From: Chrysiogenia bacterium
GTDB taxonomy: Bacteria; Acidobacteriota; Aminicenantia; UBA2199
Reading direction: 5' to 3'
DNA length: 64,000 nucleotides
Assembly: GCA_043826505.1 (NCBI GenBank)
Contig: JBDRQC010000004.1
Span: forward strand, 721,428-785,427
The position numbers and the translations under genes were made by a program. Of this stretch, positions 9,927 through 17,800 are shown in pieces. The notes below the pieces were generated by a model, which did not search any database, was not told where the DNA came from, and was given only the letters and a program-made list of their open reading frames with translations. Position 1 is the first letter of the stretch. Each line of letters opens with the position of its first letter.

Positions 9927-10844
9927 ATGGGTGAAATAAAAATTCATGAAGTGGGATTGCGGGATGGCTTGCAGATCGAGAAGCAAACCGTTCCCTTTGA
10001 GAAAAAAGTGGCTTGGGTGGAGGGTTTGCTCGCTTCCGGCATCGACATGATCCAACTGGGATCATTCGTCAATCCCGAAAAGGTTCCGCAAATGGCCGAT
10101 ACGGACAAACTGTTCGCTCATTTCACCCGGACAGACAGCAAGCCGGCCGGGACGGTTTTTTCCGGCCTGGTCTTGAACGAAAGAGGCTTGGAGCGCGGCC
10201 TGGCCTGCGGCGTGGACATGTTCTGCATGGGGGTTTCGGCCAGCGATACTCACAGCCGTAAAAATACGGGCAAAGGCACCGAGGAAGCCGTGGAGCAGAT
10301 CATTGCCATGGCCCAGGCGGCCATGAAAGCGCAGAAAAGGATACAGGTCTCCATCCAGTCGGCGTTCGGCTGTGGCTTTGAAGGCGCCATTCCCCAAGAG
10401 CGTATATTTTCCATCGTGGACAGGTACCTGGCCGCCGGCATCCGCAATATCAGCCTGGCCGACACGGCCGGGCACGCCTATCCGCAGCAGGTCGAATTTC
10501 TTTATGCTGAAATATTGCAACGCGACGGTCAGCTCGAACTGGCCTGCCATTTCCACAACACCTACGGCCTGGGCCTGGCCAACTGCTATGCCGCCCTGAA
10601 ATCAGGTGTGAAATATTTTGAAGCGGCACTGGGCGGCCTGGGCGGCTGCCCCTTCACCAAAGTGGCGGCCGGGAATGTCTGCACCGAGGATCTAGTGCAT
10701 TCGCTGCAGCGCCAGGACCTGGTCCTGGACATCAACCTGGACAAGCTTATGGGAACCGCCCGCGACATCGGCAGTTTTTTCAACCGCGAGCTGCCCGGCT
10801 CAATCCTGAAAGCGGGTTCGCTGAAAAATTTTAAAAAGGCGTAG
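9927..10844 (+). CDS. HMG-CoA-lyase-family (DRE-TIM metallolyase) hydroxyacyl-CoA lyase
   Basis: 305 aa. IHEVGLRDGLQ, SFVNPEKVPQMAD, HFHNTYGLGLAN and GLGGCPF motifs of the HMGL family. No LeuA-type C-terminal domain. Confidence 0.8.
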   Translation: MGEIKIHEVGLRDGLQIEKQTVPFEKKVAWVEGLLASGIDMIQLGSFVNPEKVPQMADTDKLFAHFTRTDSKPAGTVFSGLVLNERGLERGLACGVDMFCMGVSASDTHSRKNTGKGTEEAVEQIIAMAQAAMKAQKRIQVSIQSAFGCGFEGAIPQERIFSIVDRYLAAGIRNISLADTAGHAYPQQVEFLYAEILQRDGQLELACHFHNTYGLGLANCYAALKSGVKYFEAALGGLGGCPFTKVAAGNVCTEDLVHSLQRQDLVLDINLDKLMGTARDIGSFFNRELPGSILKAGSLKNFKKA

Positions 10845-10859
10845 ACAAGGAGGGTAAAA

Positions 10860-12053
10860 ATGAAATTACTGGAAAAAGTCAGGGTCCTTGACCTGACTAA
10901 TGTCCTTTCCGGCCCTTTTGCCACCATGCACCTGGCGCTGTTGGGTGCCGAGGTGATCAAGGTGGAAAACCCCCAAGGCGGTGACCTGGCCCGCAAACTG
11001 GGCAGCGTCTCCAGCCTGAACAAGCAGCTGATGGGGACCAGCTTCCTGGCCCAGAATGTCAATAAAAAGTCGCTGACCCTGAACCTGAAAGTTGACGAAG
11101 CCAAGGAAATTTTCCTAAAACTGGTCAAGACGGCCGATGTGCTGGTGGAAAATTTCCGGCCCGGGGTCATGGAACGATTGGGTTTTTCCTACCAGAAACT
11201 GACCGAGATCAATCCCAAGCTGATCTACTGCGCCATTTCCGGATTCGGCCAGACCGGCCCCGATGCCTTTAAACCCGCTTATGACCAGATCATCCAGGGC
11301 TTGAGCGGGGTCATGTCCATCAACGGCGATGAACGGTTGAATCCGCTACGCTGCGGTTTTCCGGTCTGCGACACGGTCGGCGGCCTGAATGCCGCCTTTG
11401 CCGTCATGGCAGCCCTGTATCACCGCGAAGTCAGCGGCCAGGGGCAGTTCATCGACGTGTCCCTGCTTGACTCCATCATGCCCTTGATGGGTTGGGTGGC
11501 GGCCAACCTGCTCATCGGCGGTCAGCAGCCGGTGCTGCTGGGCAATGACAATTTCACCGCCGCCCCTTCCGGGACCTTCGTCACCAAGGACGGCTACATC
11601 AATATTGCCGCCAACCAGCAGAAGCAATGGGAAGACCTGGCCGACGCCCTTGGCCTGCCGGAACTGAAGACCGACCCCCGCTTCCAGGAACGGGATGCGC
11701 GCAAAGCCAACCGCAAACCGCTTACCCCGTTGTTGGAAGCAAAGTTGAAAGAGAACACCACGGTTTATTGGGTCGACCTGCTCAATGACAAGGGCATCCC
11801 TTCCGGCGATATTGTCAGCCTGGAAGCGGCCCTGACTTCGGAACAGGCCCGGCACCGGCACGTTATCGAAGAAGTCAAGGAAGAGGGCATCGGTTCCATC
11901 AAGGTTTTCAACATGACCGCCAAGTTTTCCAAGACACCGGCTAAGATCGACGCGCCGCCGCCGCGGCTTTCGGCCCATAGCGAAGATATCCTGAAAGGAC
12001 TGGGTTATGGTCAAAAAGATATAGAAGCCTTAAAAGAAAAAGGAGCGATTTAA
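10860..12053 (+). CDS. Family III (CaiB/BaiF/Frc-type) CoA-transferase
   Basis: 397 aa. VRVLDLTNVLSGPFATMHLALLGAEVIKVE, ENFRPGVMERLG and GFPVCDTVGG, which are typical of family III. Confidence 0.85.
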   Translation: MKLLEKVRVLDLTNVLSGPFATMHLALLGAEVIKVENPQGGDLARKLGSVSSLNKQLMGTSFLAQNVNKKSLTLNLKVDEAKEIFLKLVKTADVLVENFRPGVMERLGFSYQKLTEINPKLIYCAISGFGQTGPDAFKPAYDQIIQGLSGVMSINGDERLNPLRCGFPVCDTVGGLNAAFAVMAALYHREVSGQGQFIDVSLLDSIMPLMGWVAANLLIGGQQPVLLGNDNFTAAPSGTFVTKDGYINIAANQQKQWEDLADALGLPELKTDPRFQERDARKANRKPLTPLLEAKLKENTTVYWVDLLNDKGIPSGDIVSLEAALTSEQARHRHVIEEVKEEGIGSIKVFNMTAKFSKTPAKIDAPPPRLSAHSEDILKGLGYGQKDIEALKEKGAI

Positions 12054-12082
12054 GTTATTAACAAAAAAAAGGAGGTTAAAAC

Positions 12083-13375
12083 ATGGGAATGACAATGGTT
12101 GAAAAGATACTGGCCAAGGCCACCAACCAGGCCGCGGTCAAAGCGGGAGATGTCCTGGAACCCAGGGTCGACATGGCCATGTCGCATGAAAACGGGGCCC
12201 TGGTAATCAACCAGTTCTCTGAAATTTACAAAGATACGGGACTGGATGCCAAGGTTTGGGATCCTGACAAGATCGCCATTATTTTCGATCACCGCGTGCC
12301 GGCCGAAAGTTCAAAAACAGCCGGCAACCAGAAGAAAATCAGGGATTTCGTGGCCAAGCAGGGGATCGCAAAATTTCACGACATTCGCGGCGACAGCGGC
12401 GGCATCTGCCACCAGATCCTCCCCGAATCCGGCTATATCCGACCTGGCAAGGTCGTGGTCGGCACCGACAGCCATACTACCAGCCACGGCGCCCTGGGAG
12501 CCTTTTCATTCGGCATCGGCGCCACTGAAATGGCCGCGGTCTGGGCCCTGGGCCGGGTGCTGAATGTCGAAGTCCCGGGCACCATCAAGGTGATTTGCGA
12601 AGGCAAGTTCAAGCGCCATGTCGCGCCCAAAGACCTGATCCTGCATCTTATCGGCAAACTGAGCGCCGAAGGCGCCAATTTCAAGGTCATCGAATTCCAC
12701 GGTCAGGTCATTGAAAAGATGTCGACTTCGGGCCGCCTGGTGATCTGCAACATGACCGTTGAGGCCGGCGCCACTTCCGGCATTGTACCTCCCGACCGGG
12801 AAACGCAACGTTATTTGCAGGAAGAAGCCGGAGTTAAAGATCAACTTGACATCATCGCTCCGGACCCTGACGCGGTGTACGACCAGGTGATCACTATAAA
12901 TGTTTCCAAGCTGGAACCGCAGATCGCCTGCCCCCATACCGTGGACAACGTCAAGCCCATCAAGGAAGTCGCTGGCATCAAGATCAATCAGATCGTCATC
13001 GGTTCCTGCACCAACGGCCGCCTCGACGATCTGGCCATTGCCGCCAAGATACTGAAGGGCAAGAAAGTGGCCCGCCAGACGCGCATGCTCATCTTTCCGG
13101 CTTCGACAAGGATTTATCTCCAGGCCCTGAAAAAGGGCTATATCACCACCTTCATGGAAGCCGGAGCCGTGATGATGAATTCGGGTTGCGGCCCCTGTTT
13201 GGGTATTCACCAGGGCGCCCTGGCCGACGGTGACGTGGCCCTGGCCACTACCAACCGCAATTTCAAGGGGCGCATGGGCAACCCCAATGCCGAAGTGTAC
13301 CTGTGTTCGCCTGCCGTGGCTGCCGCCAGCGCCATAACCGGCGTCATCACTGATCCCAGAAAAGGAGGAAAATAA
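12083..13375 (+). CDS. Aconitase-superfamily hydro-lyase, large subunit (archaeal-type LeuC/HacA-like)
   Basis: 430 aa. VGTDSHTTSHGALGAF, GSCTNGR and CGPCLG Fe-S cluster ligand motifs. The roughly 420-aa short form resembles LeuC/HacA. Confidence 0.85.
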   Translation: MGMTMVEKILAKATNQAAVKAGDVLEPRVDMAMSHENGALVINQFSEIYKDTGLDAKVWDPDKIAIIFDHRVPAESSKTAGNQKKIRDFVAKQGIAKFHDIRGDSGGICHQILPESGYIRPGKVVVGTDSHTTSHGALGAFSFGIGATEMAAVWALGRVLNVEVPGTIKVICEGKFKRHVAPKDLILHLIGKLSAEGANFKVIEFHGQVIEKMSTSGRLVICNMTVEAGATSGIVPPDRETQRYLQEEAGVKDQLDIIAPDPDAVYDQVITINVSKLEPQIACPHTVDNVKPIKEVAGIKINQIVIGSCTNGRLDDLAIAAKILKGKKVARQTRMLIFPASTRIYLQALKKGYITTFMEAGAVMMNSGCGPCLGIHQGALADGDVALATTNRNFKGRMGNPNAEVYLCSPAVAAASAITGVITDPRKGGK

Positions 13376-13376
13376 G

Positions 13377-13883
13377 ATGGCTAAAGTTGTCTTTAAAGTG
13401 GGAGACGATGTTTCCACCGATATCATTTATCCGGGAAGATTCATGGCCACGGTCCTGCCAACCGAGACCCCGCAATTCGCCTTTATCGATTACCCCGAGT
13501 TCAACGCCAAGGTGAAGAACAAGGAATTCCCGCCGCAGAGCATCATTGTGGGCGGAAAGAACTTCGGTTGCGGTTCCTCGCGCGAGCAGGCCGCGTCGTG
13601 TCTCAAGGGCCCCGATTTCGTGGTGATCGCCCCGAATTTCTCGCGCATTTTCATGCAGAACGCCATCAACCTGGGTTTGAAAATGGTTATCTGTCCGACC
13701 ATTGAGGCCAATGAGGGTGACGAGCTGGAGATCACGGCCGACCAGGTGATCAACAAAACCTCAGGCAAGAGCTTCCCCCTGGTACCGCTGCCCAAGGCCA
13801 GGCAGACCATCATCGACGCCGGGGGGCTGATCCCTTTTACCCGCAAGCTCTTGTTGGACACAAAGGCCAGGCCCGGAATTTGA
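13377..13883 (+). CDS. Aconitase-superfamily hydro-lyase, small subunit (LeuD/HacB-like)
   Basis: 168 aa. GDDVSTDIIYPGRF and GKNFGCGSSREQA motifs. It starts 1 nt after the large-subunit stop. Confidence 0.85.
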   Translation: MAKVVFKVGDDVSTDIIYPGRFMATVLPTETPQFAFIDYPEFNAKVKNKEFPPQSIIVGGKNFGCGSSREQAASCLKGPDFVVIAPNFSRIFMQNAINLGLKMVICPTIEANEGDELEITADQVINKTSGKSFPLVPLPKARQTIIDAGGLIPFTRKLLLDTKARPGI

Positions 13884-13901
13884 TAATTCATTTTTCCTTT
13901 C

Positions 13902-14825
13902 TTGCCCGTGCAGAAGTTCCCGCAGGAGAACAAAGAGGCGCCCATGGGTAGCAATTTCAGAGCAGCCCTGATTACGCTCTCCCGGGCGTTGCCTGCGGTC
14001 CTTTTCAGGGCCGGGATATTCATTGCCGGCGGTTTTTTGGTCATCATATTTTTCGCTATGCTGCTTATCGCCTTGCGCCTTGCCGGTGGCGTCAGCCAAT
14101 CAGTAGTCATTGCTGTTCTCGTACTGGCCGTGCTGGGCGGCTGGGGGTGCAGCCGGGTTTTGCAGCGGTTTTTCCTTTTCCGGCACCGGGCCGCCCTGCT
14201 CTTGCTTTTTTCCGATCGTCCCACCATGGCTCCCGGCCTCTCCGTTGCCATCCAAGAGGTCGGACGCTTTTTCCCAGATCATTCCAGCTGGGCGCTCATG
14301 AACCGCGACCTGCGCCGGGCCTTGTCTGCTTTTTATAATGAGGACAGTGATTTTCCCTTACACCCCGATTCGACTTCGGGCGGGTCCTTTTCGGGAGCCT
14401 TTGAGCGCTTGACGAACATGACACTTGCCCAGGCTGTTCTGGCATTGGCATTTTCCCGCGCCAGCACCGAGCCGAGTCGATCGGTTCGGGAAGGACTGGC
14501 CCTGTATTTCCGGCATGGCCTGGGAAGCCAGCGCCTGGCGCGCCGCTGGCATTGGTTTTCGATTGGCGGACTGGCTTTCCTGTTCCTTTGCCTGGCCATC
14601 CCCAACTGGTTCTTTTTCACAAGCACCGGAACCCCGGTCGAGATCGGGATCGTCCTGGCCGCCGCCATCGCCTGGCTGCTGCACCAAGCCTTTGTCCAAC
14701 CCTTTGTCCTGGCCGGCGTGAGCGGCGCCCTGTTGGCCGAGACCAGGGGGCACACGCCCGACCCGGAATCTTGCGAAAAATTGACCACCTTTTTTCCGGA
14801 TGCAGCCTTGGCTGCCGAACGTTGA
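13902..14825 (+). CDS. Hypothetical multi-pass membrane protein
   Basis: 307-aa ORF with several hydrophobic helices (e.g. IFIAGGFLVIIFFAMLLIAL, FSIGGLAFLFLCLAIPNWFFF). No recognisable family. GC-rich region with many shadow ORFs. Start uncertain (alternative ATG at 13944). Confidence 0.45.
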   Translation: MPVQKFPQENKEAPMGSNFRAALITLSRALPAVLFRAGIFIAGGFLVIIFFAMLLIALRLAGGVSQSVVIAVLVLAVLGGWGCSRVLQRFFLFRHRAALLLLFSDRPTMAPGLSVAIQEVGRFFPDHSSWALMNRDLRRALSAFYNEDSDFPLHPDSTSGGSFSGAFERLTNMTLAQAVLALAFSRASTEPSRSVREGLALYFRHGLGSQRLARRWHWFSIGGLAFLFLCLAIPNWFFFTSTGTPVEIGIVLAAAIAWLLHQAFVQPFVLAGVSGALLAETRGHTPDPESCEKLTTFFPDAALAAER

Positions 14826-14846
14826 AGGGACGGCCTTTTTCCTCAG

Positions 14847-17800
14847 CTAATCGCTTACCGCGACGGTTTTCATCTCGTTTCTGCCGAAATACTGCGGGTG
14901 GTACATGCCCTGGGCTATTGCGGGCATCCAGGTGAAGCGGCCGCTGTACATGGCTTTGATATAATACACTATGCGCAGGTTGCCCAGCATGGAATAGGTA
15001 TAGAAGACCAGGCGGTCGGCGGCGTTCTCCCGGCGCATCCATGGTGTCCGGTATTTGACCTGGTTCGCCGTGTTGAATTCCTTCAATGAACGGGTGCTGC
15101 CGATGTCCTGGCGCAGGAGCTCGAAACCGGCGGCCAGGGGCTCGTCAATGACGCCATAGGGGACCTCCTTGTCGGTCCTGAGGAGCAATTCCACCTGGTA
15201 GACCTGGCCGCGCTTGAATTGATCCACGGCCTGTCCCGTTTCGTTGTAGACCAGGCGCTGAATATCGATGCCGCGGCTTTTCTTTTTTGCCCTGGCCAAT
15301 TGATAGGTCAATTCGCTGGTGACATATACCGACTGGTCGGCCTTGACACTGACTTCGACCATTTCTTTTCGACCAGAGAGTTTTTTGCTGACACTGAGCA
15401 TATCCTGGTAGTCGGTGAATTCCTTGGCGGTTTTTTCGCCCAGAAAAACGATCTCCGCCTTGCGGGCCGTGGTTTTTTCTACTTTTGCCAGGTACTGGTC
15501 CATGGCGCACATGACCCAGAAGTTGGTCTGGGTCGTGTTCCAGCAGTAGGGCTCGGCCTCGAGCAGCCAGCGGATGATGCGTTCGGCCAGAACATGGCCG
15601 GCTTCCACTTCCAGGACGGCCTGAAGGAGCAGGGCAGTGGCGAAGCGCGAAGAGTAGAAAGGGAAGTCGCGGTGGTAGGCGAATTCGCCGGCGTCAAAGT
15701 AAGCGAAGTCAGCCTCGACCTGCAGACTGCTGTTGAACTCGGCCAGCATGGCTGCCAGGAGGTCGGCTGCTTTTCCCTGATTGTTCAGGGCCCGGTACAG
15801 GAAAACCCGGGCCGGCAGGGGCAGCGTGTCCCTTTCAGCAGCCAGCTTTTTCAGCTTTTTGCTATCGGCACTCCTGCTTAGGCTCAGAACAAATTGATAA
15901 AAGCTTTCGCAGGTCTTGTCCAGGCTGGCCCGCCGCAGGTATGCCGACAGCTTCTGCACCAGTTGCGGGTCCACCATGTAATCACGCTCCCGGGCCAGGT
16001 GCAGGCTCCAAAGGACATAGGCGGTCAGGTAGTCCGAGGTGTATTGGCCGCCGCGGTAGTATGAAAGGGCTCCTTGCGAATTCATGAATTCGGGGATGAT
16101 CTTCAGGTAGCCGTTCACGGCCTCTAGTACCTGCCCCTGGTCCAGTCCCAGCTCCAGGCGCTCTGCCAACTGCGGGCTGAATGCCAGGAAGGGCATCACC
16201 TTGGAAGCCCGCTGCTCCATGCATTCATAAGGATAGAAAACAAGTTTTTTGGCGATGTTGACGGCCGGCCGCAGCAGGGAGGGGGCGGCCTTGATAGTGA
16301 TGACCTGGTTTTCGGCTTCGGCCTGGGGCTCAATCATTTTTTTCAGGAACTTGCCGCTGGCGAAATCGATCAGGGTCTCCATGACCAGGCGGTCGGTCAC
16401 AGGCAATTTTTTCTGGAGCCCGTCCTTGTCCGCCCGGGAGACGGCATAAAAATCGATCTTGGCCTCGCCGAGGCGGTCGGCCAGAAAGGGGAATTGGAAC
16501 AGGCTGTTGCCGCGCGCATCCAGGGCGCGGGCAATCTGGGGGTTGCCGTTGATGCTTATCCCCTCCGGCTTGGCCAGTAGGGTGACCGGGAGTTTCTGCG
16601 TGGTGCGGTTGCTGAGCTGGACCCCGGCAAGGAACTCGTCGCCCCGGCGGGCAAACTCGGGCATGGCCTCGGAGATCAGCAGATCCTTGCTGACCATGAT
16701 CTTCTTTGCCGCTGAGCCAAAACTGTCCTCGCCGTAGGCCACGGCCATGATGCGAAAGGTGGAGAGCTGGTCCGAGCTTTCAAATTCAATTTCGGCATTT
16801 CCCCTGGCATCGGTTTCTATGTTTTTGAAGAACAGGACCTCGCGGAAGTCGCTGCGCACGCGGATGCCGGCAATATCGACCGGGACCCCGCCGAGAACTC
16901 CTCCGATCACACCGCCCTCGGCATCTTTCTCCCCTTTCTGGCGGGACATACTTTTCATCTCAGCGGCCATGGGAGCGGGCATGGCCCTGCCCGCGACCCC
17001 GCCCTCCACGCCGAACTCATCAGCGGAGTTCCAATATTTGTCCGCCGATACCGGGATCAGCGCCAGGTCGCAGGGGCGGTGATAATTGCCGTTAAAATAG
17101 ATATCGGACTTCAGGAAAGGATGAAAACCCTTGGCCTCGGCCTTGATCGCGTAACGGCCGCCGGGCAGGCCGGGAAAGCTGTAATATCCTTGCGCGCTGG
17201 TCGTGGTCGTTTTCAGCTTGTTGTGCTTTTCGTCTTCCAGGGTGACAGACGCCCCGGCCAGCGGCGTGGCGTCGGGCCTGAAAATGCAGCCGAAAATAGC
17301 GGGCTCCTTCAGGTCGATGTCCATCATGGGGCGTTCGAAGGTCCAGTGCATGTAGTTTTTTGAATAATAGGTCTGGATCGCATTTCGTCTCGACAAAGAA
17401 GAGTGATAAAAAAGCCTGATCGGGTCAGGGGTCCGGTAGCCCTGCAGGGAAAGGTTGCCCTCGTCCACGGCATAGACAAAAAGTTTGGCCTTCACTCCTG
17501 TTTTTTCTGCATTGCGCACGCGGATCTTCAGGGTGGTTTTGCCGGCCGGCTTGATCTCGGCCGGGCATTCCAGGCCGATATCCAAGGTCTTGCGGCTGTC
17601 TTCGACCATGAATTCTCTGGAGGCCTCCTCGGAGACATTGTTCTCGTACATGGCGACGACGCTGACGCGAAAGCCCGGAAAAAACTCTTTTTTAACAGGG
17701 ATCTCCAGTGGCGTCATCTTTTGCAGCTCGATGACACGGGAATCGAGCACTTTCCCCCTTTCTACGGTCACCAGCGCCTGACCCTCCCGGGTGGAATGAA

